A DNA stretch of 64,000 nt from Lysobacter sp. (GCA_027306995.1 DAHUXS010000018.1:73426-137425), one strand, 5' to 3'; shown: positions 9,662 to 22,145, counted from the stretch's first letter. The notes: generated by a model not told the origin, from the sequence alone. Numbers and translations: made by a program.

Positions 9662-9776
9662 CTGGTTTTTCCCCTCAAAGTGGCGCACGCGGGGCGCCAT
9701 CATTCGATGATGCCCCAAATCGATGCCAATGATGTGACAGCCGACCCACTTCAATGGCGCATGCGAGAATCGCCGG

Positions 9777-10640
9777 ATGAGCATCGAAGACAACACCCGC
9801 GCGCTGGAAAGCGGCATCCATACGGACCTGTCCGGACGCATGACCTATGCCGGCTACCTGCAACTGCCGACGCTGCTGTCGGCGCAGCAACCGTTGTCGC
9901 AGCCGCCGCACCACGACGAAATGTTGTTCATCATCCAGCACCAGACGTCCGAACTGTGGCTGAAGCTGCTGGTGCACGAACTGACCGCAGCGGTCGAACA
10001 GTTGCGGGAAGATCGCGTCTGGCGCTTCGGCAAGATCGTCGCGCGCTGCAAGCGCATCCTCGACCAGCTCACCGCGCAATGGTCGGTGCTGGAGACGTTG
10101 ACGCCGTCCGAGTACCTGGAGTTCCGCGACATCCTCGGGCCGTCGAGCGGTTTCCAGTCGCGCCAGTACCGCACCGTCGAATTCCTGCTCGGCAACAAGA
10201 ATGCGGGCATGGTCAAGGTGTTCAAGCACGATCCGGCCGAACAGGCGGCGCTTGAAGCGGCATTGCTCGCGCCGAGCCTCTACGACGAATTCCTGCGCTA
10301 CCTCGCGCGCTGGGGACACGCGATCCCCGAACGCCACTTGCAGCGCGACTGGTCGATCGCGCACGCCAGCGATCCCGAACTGCTGCCGGTGTTCCGCAAC
10401 ATCTACGAACACACCGACCAGTACTGGCGCGAATACCAGTTGTGCGAAGACCTGGTCGATCTCGAGACGCAATTCCAGCTGTGGCGCTTCCGCCACATGC
10501 GCACGGTGATGCGGGTGATCGGTTTCCGCCGCGGCACCGGCGGCTCCTCGGGCGTCGACTTCCTCAAGCGCGCGCTCGACCTGACCTTCTTCCCGGAACT
10601 GTTCGAGGTCCGCACCCACCTCGGCGTGGAGGGCGAATGA
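9777..10640 (+). CDS. kynA: tryptophan 2,3-dioxygenase
   Basis: 287 aa. ..[37 protein letters not shown].. and ..[22 protein letters not shown].. are canonical TDO motifs. Confidence 0.92.
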   Translation: MSIEDNTRALESGIHTDLSGRMTYAGYLQLPTLLSAQQPLSQPPHHDEMLFIIQHQTSELWLKLLVHELTAAVEQLREDRVWRFGKIVARCKRILDQLTAQWSVLETLTPSEYLEFRDILGPSSGFQSRQYRTVEFLLGNKNAGMVKVFKHDPAEQAALEAALLAPSLYDEFLRYLARWGHAIPERHLQRDWSIAHASDPELLPVFRNIYEHTDQYWREYQLCEDLVDLETQFQLWRFRHMRTVMRVIGFRRGTGGSSGVDFLKRALDLTFFPELFEVRTHLGVEGE

Positions 10641-10769
10641 TCCCGCAGGCGTGACCGCTGCCCGGAAATCACGGGGATGAATGGGGTTCCGGTTTGACGG
10701 CGACCGCCAAAGTCCGGTAAATCTCGCAGGATTGCCCACCGGGCGCCTGTTCACCCAAGGAAAAACCGC

Positions 10770-12308
10770 ATGACCACAGCCATGCCCGATCGTGTCGAGC
10801 CTGCCGGCCCGGCGATGGAAGCGCCCAGCAACGGCAATCCGCCGGATTTCGCCACGATGATGGGGCACCCACGGCCGCTGTGGATGCTGTTCATGACCGA
10901 GTTCTGGGAACGCTTCGCGTTCTACGGCATTCGTTGGGCGATGGTTCTCTACATCGTTGCGCAGTTCAAGAACGGCGATCCCGCCGGACAGAAGGACGCC
11001 AGCCACATCTACGGCGCCTATCTGGCATTGGTCTATGCCGCCGCGATCTTCGGCGGTTACATCGCCGACAAGCTGATTGGCTACCAGCGCTCGATCCTGA
11101 CTGGTGCCCTGATCATGGGCGCCGGGTTGTTCATGCTGGCATCGCCGACCGAACCGCTATTCAAGCTCGGCCTCGCGACGGTCATCGTCGGCAACGGCAT
11201 GTTCAAGCCGATCATCTCGACCCTCGTCGGCAAGATCTACCGGCAAGGCGATGAACGCCGCGACTCCGGTTTCACCATCTTCTACATGGGCATCAACCTC
11301 GGCGCGATGATCTCGCCGATCATCACCGAGTACCTCGCGCGCAACGTCTTCGGCATGGGCGACCAGCCGGCCTACAAGGTGGTGTTCGTCGCTTCCGGCG
11401 TCGGCATGATCCTGAGCTTCCTGTGGTTCTGGTTCGGCCGCGCGCAATTGAAGGGCGTGGGCGCACCGGACGCCGCGCAATCGAGCGTTGCCCGCCTTGC
11501 CGGCGTGATCGTGGCCAGCCTGGTGATCGGCATTCCGCTCTACTACTTCCTGCTCAACATCGACGCCAAGATCCTCAACTGGATCTTGATCGCCTGCCTG
11601 ATCGGGCCGGCCATCATGCTGGTGGTCGAGGGGCTGCGCGAAGGCAAGGTGCCGCGCGACAAGGTGGTCGCGATGCTGATCATCCTCGTCTTCAACGTGT
11701 TCTTCTGGGCCTTCTTCGAACAGGCCGGCAGCAGCTTCACCTTCCTCGCCGACAAGATCGTCAACCGCGACCTTGGCTTCACGATCTTCCAGAACGCCTG
11801 GTTCCAGTCGGTGAACTCGGTGGCGATCATCTGCCTCGCGCCGATCATCGCGTGGATCTGGGTGAAGATGGGCCGCAACAATCCGACCATCCCGCGCAAG
11901 TTCAGCCTTGGCCTGATCTTCAACGGCCTGGCCTTCCTGTTGCTGATGTTCGCATTGTCGTCGCTGGTGGACCCGACGACCGGCAAGATCCCGTTCTGGA
12001 CGCTGTTCGCGGTGTACTGGATCCAGTCGATCGGCGAGCTGTGCCTGTCGCCGATCGGTTTGTCGATGACGACCAAGCTGGCGCCGGCGCGCCTGACCGG
12101 TTTCGCGATGGGCGCATGGTTCCTGTCGATCGCTGTGGGCAACAACCTGGCCGGCCTGTTCGCGGGCGAGGCCAGCGGTGAGGGCGGCATGACGGTGCAG
12201 TCCGCGCATGCGGCCTATACGCAGGGCTTCTGGATCCTGATGATCGCCGGCGTGGTACTGTTCCTGGTCGCGCCGCTGGTCAATCGCCTGATGCATGGCG
12301 TGAAGTAA
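10770..12308 (+). CDS. POT/PTR2 family di-/tripeptide:proton symporter
   Basis: 512 aa, multi-TM. The ..FWERFAFYGIRWAMVLY.. and ..GNGMFKPIISTLVGKIY.. motifs are typical of DtpT-like transporters. Confidence 0.9.
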   Translation: MTTAMPDRVEPAGPAMEAPSNGNPPDFATMMGHPRPLWMLFMTEFWERFAFYGIRWAMVLYIVAQFKNGDPAGQKDASHIYGAYLALVYAAAIFGGYIADKLIGYQRSILTGALIMGAGLFMLASPTEPLFKLGLATVIVGNGMFKPIISTLVGKIYRQGDERRDSGFTIFYMGINLGAMISPIITEYLARNVFGMGDQPAYKVVFVASGVGMILSFLWFWFGRAQLKGVGAPDAAQSSVARLAGVIVASLVIGIPLYYFLLNIDAKILNWILIACLIGPAIMLVVEGLREGKVPRDKVVAMLIILVFNVFFWAFFEQAGSSFTFLADKIVNRDLGFTIFQNAWFQSVNSVAIICLAPIIAWIWVKMGRNNPTIPRKFSLGLIFNGLAFLLLMFALSSLVDPTTGKIPFWTLFAVYWIQSIGELCLSPIGLSMTTKLAPARLTGFAMGAWFLSIAVGNNLAGLFAGEASGEGGMTVQSAHAAYTQGFWILMIAGVVLFLVAPLVNRLMHGVK

Positions 12309-12322
12309 TCCGCGCAGATGCG

Positions 12323-12355
12323 AAAACGGCGACCTTCGGGTCGCCGTTTTTGTTT
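12323..12355. terminator. bidirectional Rho-independent terminator between the POT transporter and AraC genes
   Basis: Perfect hairpin aaaacggcgacc-ttcg-ggtcgccgtttt followed by tgttt. Confidence 0.6.
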
Positions 12356-12368
12356 GCGGGTGCCTGTT

Positions 12369-13202
12369 TCAGGCGTGTCCGCGCACGAATGCCGTCGCCA
12401 GCCGCAACGCGTCTTCGCTGTCGGGATCGCCGCGCAGGGCGCGAACCAGTTTTGCGGGCGTGATGCCGGTCCAGTGCGCCAGGTCTCGGGTGGCGTGCGC
12501 TTGGTCGCTGTAGCCATGGCGTGCCGCCGCATCCGCGATGCTGTCGCGCTCGGCGTCGAGGGTGCGCAACAACGCCTGCAGTCGGCGGATGCGGGCATAT
12601 TCCTTGGGCGTCAGGCCCACCGCATCCAGGAAGCGTGTTTGCAAAGTGCGAATGCTGGTGTCGAGTTGTTTTGCCAGCGCGCCGATGCGCAGGTCGCCGT
12701 CGTGTGCGTCCAGTGCGTCGACGGCACGCTCCGCCAGCGGGTCCGGGTCGAAGCCGGAGCAACGCGCGCGCAACAACCGCCACAGCGGTTCGGGCGATCC
12801 GCTATCCGCGCTGGCCTGTGCGGCATGGCGGAAATCCTCGGCGAATGCAGCATCCAATGCATGCAGGTCCGGGGCTTGGTCGCGCAGTTCTGGCAGTCGC
12901 ACGCCCGCGATCAGCGCACTGCAGGCCGGGGTCAGGCGCAGGCCGATGCAGTGCACTGCACCAACGGCTTGCAAGCGGATCGGACCGAGTTGCTGCCCGG
13001 CGAAACAGAAGGGCTGGTCGGCGCGGATGCCACCGTCGGCGCCATGGAAACGCAACGGCACGCCGAGTTCGGCCAGCAATTCGCAGCGTCCATCGGGATA
13101 GATCGTCTGGATCTCGTTCTCGGGCGCGGGATCGCGCAACTCCCACAGGCATTGCACGTGTCGGCGCAGGTCATCCGGAGCGGGATGTTCGGTGTAATCC
13201 AT
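12369..13202 (-). CDS. AraC/XylS family transcriptional regulator
   Basis: Start at the ATG at 13202 (MDYTEHPAPDDL..). C-terminal double HTH: ..IGALAKQLDTSIRTLQTRFLDAVGLTPKEYARIRRLQ....GYSDQAHATRDLAHWTGITPAK.. Confidence 0.8.
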   Translation of the reverse strand: MDYTEHPAPDDLRRHVQCLWELRDPAPENEIQTIYPDGRCELLAELGVPLRFHGADGGIRADQPFCFAGQQLGPIRLQAVGAVHCIGLRLTPACSALIAGVRLPELRDQAPDLHALDAAFAEDFRHAAQASADSGSPEPLWRLLRARCSGFDPDPLAERAVDALDAHDGDLRIGALAKQLDTSIRTLQTRFLDAVGLTPKEYARIRRLQALLRTLDAERDSIADAAARHGYSDQAHATRDLAHWTGITPAKLVRALRGDPDSEDALRLATAFVRGHA

Positions 13203-13292
13203 GCAGGCATCCAATCGCGGCTTGCGTGTTTTTACAAGAGATCGCCGTTCGGGCGGACTAGTCTGGGGTTTCACCAACGGGGAGGATCGGAA

Positions 13293-13751
13293 ATGCGATA
13301 CGCAAAAATGCTCGTGGTCATTGGCCTGGCGTCATGCAGCGGGCAGGCGATGAGTGGCGAAGCAAGGATGGATTGGATTGCAGGTCATTGGTGTGGCGGC
13401 CAGCCAGGACGCCAGATCGAGGAAGTGTGGTTGCCCGAAGCGGGCAGCGCATTGCTTGGCATGTCACGCACGGTGCGTGGCGAACGGATGGAATCGTTCG
13501 AATTCATGCGCGTGGTACCGGAGGGCAAGGACGCGGGGTTCCATGTCCAACCCAATGGCGTGCCGCCGACGGTGTTCGCGATCGTCGCGCATGGGAAAGA
13601 TTGGGTGCGCTTTGAGAATCCCGCGCACGACTTCCCCAAGCAAATCGAATACCGGCGCGAGGGCGAGCGCCTGCATGCCTGGATTGCCGGGCCGGGCCGC
13701 GACGGCAAGGAAAAGAAGATCCCATTTGAATACCGGCGCTGCGCCGGATAA
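13293..13751 (+). CDS. small secreted protein, DUF6265-like (family name from memory)
   Basis: ATG at 13293 preceded by the ggagga RBS at 13281-13286. Signal peptide MRYAKMLVVIGLASCSGQAMS. Conserved-looking ..FENPAHDFPKQIEYRREGERLHAWI.. Confidence 0.55.
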   Translation: MRYAKMLVVIGLASCSGQAMSGEARMDWIAGHWCGGQPGRQIEEVWLPEAGSALLGMSRTVRGERMESFEFMRVVPEGKDAGFHVQPNGVPPTVFAIVAHGKDWVRFENPAHDFPKQIEYRREGERLHAWIAGPGRDGKEKKIPFEYRRCAG

Positions 13752-13775
13752 AGCACGTCGCCGCCAGCGCGTGTT

Positions 13776-14273
13776 TCAATCCTGTGGCGCGTCGCCGTCC
13801 TTGCCGGCGTGCTCCGCGCGCAACTCCATCTCGTCGAGGCGGTCGAGCAGGCGGAACAGCAGGGTGCGTTCATCCTCCGCCATGCCTTCCAGCATCTGGC
13901 GCTCGAAGCCCAGCGCCAGCGGCGCGATCTGGTCGTAGATGACGTAGCCGGCCTCGGACAGCCGCAGCACCGAGCGGCGGCGGTCATCGTCGTCGAAGTC
14001 GCGGGCGATCCGTCCGGAGTCGAGCAGGCGCGCCACCGCGCGGCTCACCGCCACCTTGTCCATCGCCGTGCGCTGGGCGACCTGGGTCGCCGACAGGCCC
14101 GAATAGCGGCCAAGGACCGCCATGACCCGCCACTCGGTGATGCTGAGGGCGAAGCGCTGCTGGTATTCGCGGGCGATCGCGCCACTGATGCGGTTGGACA
14201 GCACGCTCAGCCGGTAGGGCAGGAAGCGTTCCAGGGCGAGTTCGGCGTGGCGGGCGAGGCGGGACTTGGACAT
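13776..14273 (-). CDS. MarR family transcriptional regulator, divergent from hppD
   Basis: Start at the ATG at 14273 (MSKSRLARHAEL..). wHTH: ..ITEWRVMAVLGRYSGLSATQVAQRTAMDKVAVSRAVARLLDSGRI.. Confidence 0.85.
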   Translation of the reverse strand: MSKSRLARHAELALERFLPYRLSVLSNRISGAIAREYQQRFALSITEWRVMAVLGRYSGLSATQVAQRTAMDKVAVSRAVARLLDSGRIARDFDDDDRRRSVLRLSEAGYVIYDQIAPLALGFERQMLEGMAEDERTLLFRLLDRLDEMELRAEHAGKDGDAPQD

Positions 14274-14344
14274 CCGGGAGGGGGCACCTTGAGATGGTTG
14301 CAATTGAAACTATAGAATGGGGGTTCAACGAGAGGAAGCTTGCC

Positions 14345-15430
14345 ATGAACGCGCAACCCAACGTCGGCATGACCGTCACCACCTTCGAGAACCCGATGGG
14401 GATCCACGGATTCGAGTTCGTCGAGTTCGCCGCGCCGGCCGGCCAGGGCCAGGCCATGCGCGCCTACCTCGAGAACCTCGGCTTCACCGCGGTTGCGAAG
14501 CACAAGTCGCGCGACATCACCCTGTTCCGCCAGGGCCGCATCAACTTCCTGCTCAACGAAACCACCGATTCCTTCGCTTCCGATTTCGCGCAGAAGCACG
14601 GTCCGTCCGCCTGCGGCTTCGCGATCCGTTTCCGCACGCCGAGCGCCGAAGTGCTGAAGCACGTGCTGGCCAACGGCGGCGAAAAGATCGACTTCCGCGC
14701 CGAGACCGGTGCGGTCGATGCGCAGGTGATCAAGGGCATCGGCGACTGCATGCTCTACCTGATCGATGACGGCCGCGAGGATCTCTACGCCGATTTCGTG
14801 CCGCTGGCCGGCGTCGACCAACATCCGCCGGGCTTCGGGCTGACCTTCATCGATCACCTGACCCACAACCTCTTCCTCGGCAACATGCAGAAGTGGTCGG
14901 ATTACTACGAGAAGCTGTTCAACTTCCGCGAGATCCGCTACTTCGACATCAAGGGCGCCAAGACCGGCCTGCTGTCCAAGGCGATGACCGCGCCGGACGG
15001 CATCGTGCGCATCCCGCTGAACGAATCCAGCGACGAGAAGTCGCAGATCAACGAGTACCTGCGCGAATACAACGGCGAAGGCATCCAGCACATCGCGCTG
15101 TTCACCGACAACATCTACGACACGGTGGAAGCGATGCGCGCCAAGGGCATCGATTTCCTCGACACGCCGGACACCTATTTCGACGTGATCGACATGCGCG
15201 TGCCCAACCACGGCGAGGACGTGCCGCGCCTGGCGAGGAACAAGATCTTGATCGACGCCGATCCGGAAACGCACCAGCGCAAGCTGCTGCAGATCTTCAC
15301 CAAGAACGCGTTCGGCCCGATCTTCTTCGAGATCATCCAGCGCAAGGGCAACGAAGGCTTCGGCGAAGGCAACTTCCAGGCGCTGTTCGAATCGATCGAG
15401 CGCGACCAGATGCAGCGCGGCGTGCTGTAA
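14345..15430 (+). CDS. hppD: 4-hydroxyphenylpyruvate dioxygenase
   Basis: Start at the ATG at 14345. ..[14 protein letters not shown].. and C-terminal ..[44 protein letters not shown] are canonical HPPD motifs. Confidence 0.93.
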   Translation: MNAQPNVGMTVTTFENPMGIHGFEFVEFAAPAGQGQAMRAYLENLGFTAVAKHKSRDITLFRQGRINFLLNETTDSFASDFAQKHGPSACGFAIRFRTPSAEVLKHVLANGGEKIDFRAETGAVDAQVIKGIGDCMLYLIDDGREDLYADFVPLAGVDQHPPGFGLTFIDHLTHNLFLGNMQKWSDYYEKLFNFREIRYFDIKGAKTGLLSKAMTAPDGIVRIPLNESSDEKSQINEYLREYNGEGIQHIALFTDNIYDTVEAMRAKGIDFLDTPDTYFDVIDMRVPNHGEDVPRLARNKILIDADPETHQRKLLQIFTKNAFGPIFFEIIQRKGNEGFGEGNFQALFESIERDQMQRGVL

Positions 15431-15461
15431 TCGATCCGGCCAACACCAGCGAAGAAGCGCC

Positions 15462-16766
<1,305 letters not shown>

Positions 16767-16767
16767 G

Positions 16768-17475
16768 TCAGGCGCGCATTTCGAAACGAACCACGTTGCT
16801 GCCGGTGTCGGCGGCCGATAAGTCGTTGACGATCATCTGCTGCCACGCCGCTTCGATTCCGGCGAGGTAGGCCTCGGGCACGATTTCCTTCAAGCGTTCG
16901 GCCACGCGTTCGCACACCGAGGCCTTGGTCGCCGTGCGCAGCCAGGTCAGGGCATCGACCAGCGCCAGCGCGCGTTCGTCGTCGTCCTGCGCCGTCTGCA
17001 GCGCAACCGCCAGCGATGCCGCTTCCGGCGTGCGTTGCAATTGCAGCATGTCGATCATGTACATCTTGCAGGCGGCCATCGAGCGCCGCGATTGCGTCGC
17101 GCGCGGTGGCGTCGATGCGACTGGGGTTGCTGCCACGGCAACGGCAGGCGCAGGCACGGGAGATGGGGCTGCCGGTGTTGCAGCCGTTTCAGGTGCGCTT
17201 GTCGTCGCTTGGCGCGGACCACCGGCGAGGCGACCGAACAATCCCTTGCCCGCCGACGGTGTCGATGAAGGCGCCGCGGCCGTGCCTTGCGCGAGATAGC
17301 CCGAGGCGATCAGCGACTGGATCATCCCCAGCGAATCGACGCCGAGCATCGAGACGATGTCATTGAGGTTGCGCTGTCCGTCGCAGAGGATCAGCACCTG
17401 GCGTTCGCGCCGACCCAGTTCGGTGCCGGTGCGGGCGAGCGTGGCGCGTGCGAGTTCGGTCTTGTGCAGCAGCAT
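16768..17475 (-). CDS. hypothetical protein with a central Ala/Pro/Thr-rich linker
   Basis: Start at the ATG at 17475 (MLLHKTELARATL..). The N-terminal roughly 65 aa look like a small wHTH-type module. The low-complexity linker is ..TAATPAAPSPVPAPAVAVAATPVASTPP.., followed by a helical C-terminal domain. GC3 is high. Confidence 0.5.
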   Translation of the reverse strand: MLLHKTELARATLARTGTELGRRERQVLILCDGQRNLNDIVSMLGVDSLGMIQSLIASGYLAQGTAAAPSSTPSAGKGLFGRLAGGPRQATTSAPETAATPAAPSPVPAPAVAVAATPVASTPPRATQSRRSMAACKMYMIDMLQLQRTPEAASLAVALQTAQDDDERALALVDALTWLRTATKASVCERVAERLKEIVPEAYLAGIEAAWQQMIVNDLSAADTGSNVVRFEMRA

Positions 17476-17564
17476 GTCGGGGGCAACATGTGGGTCGGGA
17501 GGACTGCAAGCTAGTTGTCGCCGATGTACGTTCGATGACGCTGGCATGGCAGCGCCTCTTGGGA

Positions 17565-18794
17565 ATGAGCGAAACTACGGAAATGCCGGACCACGTCACG
17601 AAATCCGTTCGCTTCGACATGCGCATGCGGGCCATGCGCGCGTTGCAGGAATTCTTCCGGCTGGAAGCGGCGGGCGGATTGCTGCTGATCGTGGCTGCGG
17701 CCCTGGCATTGGCGATCGCCGATTCGCCGTGGCAGGCCGTTTACGCGCAATGGCGTGGCCATGCGTTGCACTGGATCAACGATGGCCTGATGGCGGTGTT
17801 CTTCCTGCTGGTGGCGCTGGAGATCAAGCGCGAAACGGTGTCGGGGCAATTGTCCGGAAGAGGGCAGCTGTGGCTGCCCGTGGCCTGCGCCATCGGCGGC
17901 ATGGTCGTTCCGGGCATCTTCTACGTCGTGCTTTCCGGCGCGGACCCGGGCGCGCAACGCGGCTGGGCGATTCCCACCGCGACCGACATCGCGTTCTCGC
18001 TCGGTGTGCTGGCGCTGCTCGGTCGCCGCGTGCCGACCGCGTTGCGCCTGCTGCTGTCGACGATCGCCGTTGCCGACGATCTCGGCGCGATCCTGATCAT
18101 CGCGCTGTTTTACGCCGGGCAATTGTCGTGGCTGGCATTGGCGGGCGCGGTATTGGCGTGGCTGCTCATGGTTGCGCTGAATCGCAAGGGCGTCCGCAGC
18201 GCGTGGCCCTACCTGCTGATCGGCGTGGCGATGTGGGCCTGCATGCTGCATTCGGGCGTGCACGCGACGCTGGCGGGTGTGGTCACGGGGTTGATGATTC
18301 CGCATCGTGCCGCTGCCGATGACGACGCAAGCGAGACGCCGCTCGAGTCACTCGAACACGCGCTGCATCCATGGGTGGCTTACGCCATTTTGCCGATCTT
18401 CGCCTTCGCCAACGCTGGCTTGACCCTGCACGGCCTGCAGTTGGGCGATCTCGCGCACGGGGTGCCGTTGGCGGTGATCGCCGGACTGGCGCTCGGCAAG
18501 CCGCTCGGCATCTGTGCCGGCGCTCTGTTCTGCCATGCCACGCGGCTCTCCAGGCTGCCGGCGGGAATTTCGCCGGGCGCGTTGCCCGGACTCGGCCTGC
18601 TCTGCGGCATCGGCTTCACCATGAGCCTGTTCATCGCCTCGCTGGCATTCGGCGGCGATGGCCCGCGCTTCGATGGCGCGGTGCTCGGCGTGTTGTGCGG
18701 ATCGCTGATCTCGGCCTTGCTCGGATTGGCATGGCTGCGTTTCGTCCCGCGCCGCGTCGATCAGGTTTCCGGCATCGGCGGCGATACCGCCTGA
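17565..18794 (+). CDS. nhaA: Na+/H+ antiporter NhaA
   Basis: ..LQEFFRLEAAGGLLLIVAAALALAIANS-like start and ..IPTATDIAFSLGVLALLG..LLSTIAVADDLGAILIIALFY.. are canonical NhaA motifs. The start is uncertain (ATGs at 17565, 17583, 17619 and 17625). Confidence 0.88.
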   Translation: MSETTEMPDHVTKSVRFDMRMRAMRALQEFFRLEAAGGLLLIVAAALALAIADSPWQAVYAQWRGHALHWINDGLMAVFFLLVALEIKRETVSGQLSGRGQLWLPVACAIGGMVVPGIFYVVLSGADPGAQRGWAIPTATDIAFSLGVLALLGRRVPTALRLLLSTIAVADDLGAILIIALFYAGQLSWLALAGAVLAWLLMVALNRKGVRSAWPYLLIGVAMWACMLHSGVHATLAGVVTGLMIPHRAAADDDASETPLESLEHALHPWVAYAILPIFAFANAGLTLHGLQLGDLAHGVPLAVIAGLALGKPLGICAGALFCHATRLSRLPAGISPGALPGLGLLCGIGFTMSLFIASLAFGGDGPRFDGAVLGVLCGSLISALLGLAWLRFVPRRVDQVSGIGGDTA

Positions 18795-19669
18795 CGACCA
18801 CGCTGCAGCTGGCGGATGGCGATGACGAACACGCCGCCCAGCACCAACGCGCCGCCGATCCATACCCGCGTTCCCGGGCGATCGCCGTAGAAGGCGATGC
18901 CGAGCGCCATCGCGAACACCGGCACCAGCAGCAACCACGGCATCAGTTGCGCGACCGGACGCCGCTGCACCAGGGTGTAATACAGGCCATGGCCGAGCAG
19001 TGACGATGCATAAGCCGCGAACGCCGCGCCGAACCATGCCTTCCACGATACCTGCGGTAGGTGCGCGATCGCGCCCGGTTCAAGCCATGCGCTCAATGCC
19101 AGCAACGGGAGGATGCTGAGCGCGGCCATCCAGCCTTGCTGCGACCATACGTTGATGCCGGACTGTCCCTTCATCATGATGGTGGCGATGGCGAGCATCA
19201 ACGCGGCCGTCAGCATCGCCAACGACGCCATCGGTTTCGCCAGCACGTCGGGATCGAGGCCGAGCACCAGCACGCCGACGAAACTCGTCGCGATCGCCAA
19301 TCCGGTGCGCCAGCCGAAACGTTCGCCGAGCAGCCACCACGCCAGCAGCGTCGTCATCGGCACATAGCTCTGCATCAGGATGGCGGGCGAGGTCAGTTGC
19401 CCGGCCAGTTTCACCGCGACGAAACCGAGGGTGAAATGCAGCACGCCGACCAGCAGCGAGCTGGCGATCAACCGTGGCCACTGCGCGGGTGGCGGTCGCC
19501 GGATCAGCGGCAGCAACACGACCAGCAGCAGGATGAAGCGCAGCGCCGTGAACAGGATCGGTGGCACTTCGCGCAGCGCGATCGCCGAGGTCAGGAAATT
19601 GCAGGCCCAGGTCAGGCAGACCAGCATCAGCAGGGCGATATCGCGCCCGCGCAGGTCGCCCGCCGCCAT
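18761..19669 (-). CDS. EamA/DMT family transporter
   Basis: 302 aa, about 10 TM, two EamA repeats. Its 3' end overlaps the nhaA 3' end (convergent) by 34 nt. Confidence 0.85.
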   Translation of the reverse strand: MAAGDLRGRDIALLMLVCLTWACNFLTSAIALREVPPILFTALRFILLLVVLLPLIRRPPPAQWPRLIASSLLVGVLHFTLGFVAVKLAGQLTSPAILMQSYVPMTTLLAWWLLGERFGWRTGLAIATSFVGVLVLGLDPDVLAKPMASLAMLTAALMLAIATIMMKGQSGINVWSQQGWMAALSILPLLALSAWLEPGAIAHLPQVSWKAWFGAAFAAYASSLLGHGLYYTLVQRRPVAQLMPWLLLVPVFAMALGIAFYGDRPGTRVWIGGALVLGGVFVIAIRQLQRGRQAVSPPMPET

Positions 19670-19670
19670 T

Positions 19671-20150
19671 TCAGTACGCGATGCCGAGCTTGCGATAGAG
19701 CTTGGCGAGCACCCACAGCGGGCCGATCAGGAGGTAGGTGAGGTCGGTGAAGAAGCTGGGCTTGCGTCCTTCGATCTTGTGGCCGACGAACTGGCCGATC
19801 CACGCCACCACGAATACCGCCAGCGCCAGCCACGTCAGCTGCATGCCGCCGATCGCACCGTGCAGCCAGCGCATGCTCCACGAAATGACGATGAAGACCA
19901 GCAACATGCCGAGGCCGAGCGGCCGCGACAACCGGAAGTAGTACGACCACGCGATGAACATCGCCAGCGCCGCCCACAACCCCTGGCGGAACAGCGAGCC
20001 CGGCACCGGGATGCACCACAGCAGCGCGATCACCGACCAGAAAATCGCCGGCACGCAGATGACGTGGATCAGTTGATTGGTCGGATTGACGTGGTCGCTC
20101 GAATAGCTCGAGAACCAGCGATCGACCGGGCGTTCGGCTTGGGTGTTCAT
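19671..20150 (-). CDS. DUF962 (Mpo1-like) membrane protein
   Basis: 159 aa. ..[30 protein letters not shown].. is typical of the family. ATGA overlap with purC. Confidence 0.8.
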   Translation of the reverse strand: MNTQAERPVDRWFSSYSSDHVNPTNQLIHVICVPAIFWSVIALLWCIPVPGSLFRQGLWAALAMFIAWSYYFRLSRPLGLGMLLVFIVISWSMRWLHGAIGGMQLTWLALAVFVVAWIGQFVGHKIEGRKPSFFTDLTYLLIGPLWVLAKLYRKLGIAY

Positions 20151-21040
20151 GCGTCGATTCCTGCAAGGCGTTGCAGCGCTTCCGCGTACTTGGCGCGGGT
20201 CTTGGCGATCACGTCGGCGGGCACGTTCGGGCCCGGCGCGCGCTTGTTCCAGTCCAGCGTTTCCAGATAGTCGCGCACGAACTGCTTGTCGTAGCTCGGC
20301 GGGCTGGTGCCGACGTGGTAACTATCGGCCGGCCAGTAGCGCGACGAGTCCGGCGTCAGCATCTCGTCCATCACGTACAGGGCGCCGCTGTCATCGGTGC
20401 CGAATTCGAACTTGGTGTCGGCGAGGATGATGCCGCGTTCGGCGGCGTAGTCGCGCGCGAACGCATACAGCTTCAGCGTCGCGTCGCGCACCTGCGTTGC
20501 GAGGGATTCGCCGACCGTCGAGACCGCCGTGGCGAAATCGATGTTCTCGTCGTGGTCGCCGACCGCCGCCTTGGTCGACGGCGTGAAGATCGCTTGCGGC
20601 AACTGCTGCGCCTGCTGCAGACCGCTCGGCAGTTCGATGCCGCTGACCTTGCCGGTCGCCTGGTAATCCTTCCAGCCGCTGCCGATCAGGTAGCCGCGGG
20701 CGATGCATTCCACCGGCACCGGCTTCAGCTTCTTCGTCACCACGCTGCGCTTGGCATACAGCGTCGGATCGACGCCGGCCGGCAGCACGCTGGCGACATC
20801 GTCGCCGGTCAGGTGGTTGGGCAGGAGATGCGTGGTCTTCGCAAACCAGAAATTGCTGATCTGGGTCAGCATCTCGCCCTTGCCGGGAATCGGATCGGGC
20901 AGCACCACGTCGAACGCCGACAGGCGATCGCTGGCGACCATCAGCAGGCGGCCATCGTGCAGGTCGTAAACATCGCGGACCTTGCCGCGGTGGATCAGGT
21001 CGAGACCGGGCAGGTCGGACTGCGAGAGAGTGGTGGCCAC
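20147..21040 (-). CDS. purC: phosphoribosylaminoimidazole-succinocarboxamide (SAICAR) synthase
   Basis: GTG start at 21040 ([27 protein letters not shown]..). The long-form PurC pattern runs throughout (..[10 protein letters not shown]..). The upstream part of ORF 20147..21379 is Arg-rich junk. Confidence 0.93.
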   Translation of the reverse strand: MATTLSQSDLPGLDLIHRGKVRDVYDLHDGRLLMVASDRLSAFDVVLPDPIPGKGEMLTQISNFWFAKTTHLLPNHLTGDDVASVLPAGVDPTLYAKRSVVTKKLKPVPVECIARGYLIGSGWKDYQATGKVSGIELPSGLQQAQQLPQAIFTPSTKAAVGDHDENIDFATAVSTVGESLATQVRDATLKLYAFARDYAAERGIILADTKFEFGTDDSGALYVMDEMLTPDSSRYWPADSYHVGTSPPSYDKQFVRDYLETLDWNKRAPGPNVPADVIAKTRAKYAEALQRLAGIDA

Positions 21041-21102
21041 GCGGGACTCCGGCAAAAAACCATTGTATCGGGCCACCGGCAGCGGGCGGGTATCATGATG
21101 CG

Positions 21103-21456
21103 ATGAGTAGCCACTGGACAGGACGGGCGATCGCTGCCGTGGCGGGCGCCCTGTTGATGCGCGGCAATCCGCTGGTCGGCGCCCTGATCGGCGTACTGCT
21201 GTGGGTCGTTGCGCTGGAACGCCGTTTTCCGGCGAACCGTCCTGCCAACGCAGGCGTCTCCGATGATCCCTACGCCGTCCTCGGTGTGAGTCCGCAGGCC
21301 AGCGATGCCGAGATCGAACTGGCATGGCGACGCGCGGTCGCAACGGCCCATCCCGATCGCCAGGTGGATGCCGCGGCACGTGCTGCCGGCGAACGGCGCA
21401 TGCACCAGCTCAACGCGGCCCGTCGCCGCATCCAGGCCCTGCGCCGCAACCGTTGA
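21103..21456 (+). CDS. membrane-anchored J-domain (DnaJ-like) protein
   Basis: 117 aa with N-terminal TM segment(s) and a C-terminal J domain: [32 protein letters not shown], with the HPD tripeptide. Confidence 0.7.
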   Translation: MSSHWTGRAIAAVAGALLMRGNPLVGALIGVLLWVVALERRFPANRPANAGVSDDPYAVLGVSPQASDAEIELAWRRAVATAHPDRQVDAAARAAGERRMHQLNAARRRIQALRRNR

Positions 21457-21473
21457 TCCAGGAAAGAAATTCC

Positions 21474-22145
21474 ATGCAGTCCACCGTCATCGCCCCGTCG
21501 ATCCTGTCCGCCGATTTCGCCCGTCTCGGCGAAGAGGTCGACAACGTCCTTGCCGCCGGCGCCGACTGGGTGCATTTCGACGTGATGGACAACCACTACG
21601 TGCCCAACCTCACCATCGGCCCGATGGTGTGCGAGGCACTGCGCAAGCACGGCGTGACCGCGCCGATCGACGTGCACTTGATGGTGGAGCCGGTCGATGC
21701 GCTGGTGCCGATGTTCGCCAAGGCCGGCGCGACCCACATCAGCTTCCATCCCGAAGCCTCGCTGCATCCCCATCGCACCGTGCAGCTGATCCGTGCCAGT
21801 GGCTGCCAGCCCGGGGTGGTGCTGAATCCGGCAACGCCGGTCGACGTACTCGACTATCTGCTGGAAGACCTCGATTACGTGTTGCTGATGTCGGTCAACC
21901 CCGGCTTCGGTGGCCAGGCCTTCATTCCGTCGACGCTGCGCAAACTGCGCGAAGTGCGCGCGCGCATCACGGCCCTCGGCAAGCCGATCCGCCTGGAAGT
22001 CGATGGCGGGGTCAAGCCGGACAACATCGGCGAGATCGCCGCTGCCGGCGCCGATACCTTCGTCGCCGGGTCGGCCATCTTCGGCCAGCCCGACTATCGC
22101 AAGATCGTTGCGGAAATGAAGGCCGCGGTCGCCGCGACGCGCTGA
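21474..22145 (+). CDS. rpe: ribulose-phosphate 3-epimerase
   Basis: ATG at 21474 after an aggaaag [50 protein letters not shown].. is canonical. Confidence 0.95.
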   Translation: MQSTVIAPSILSADFARLGEEVDNVLAAGADWVHFDVMDNHYVPNLTIGPMVCEALRKHGVTAPIDVHLMVEPVDALVPMFAKAGATHISFHPEASLHPHRTVQLIRASGCQPGVVLNPATPVDVLDYLLEDLDYVLLMSVNPGFGGQAFIPSTLRKLREVRARITALGKPIRLEVDGGVKPDNIGEIAAAGADTFVAGSAIFGQPDYRKIVAEMKAAVAATR

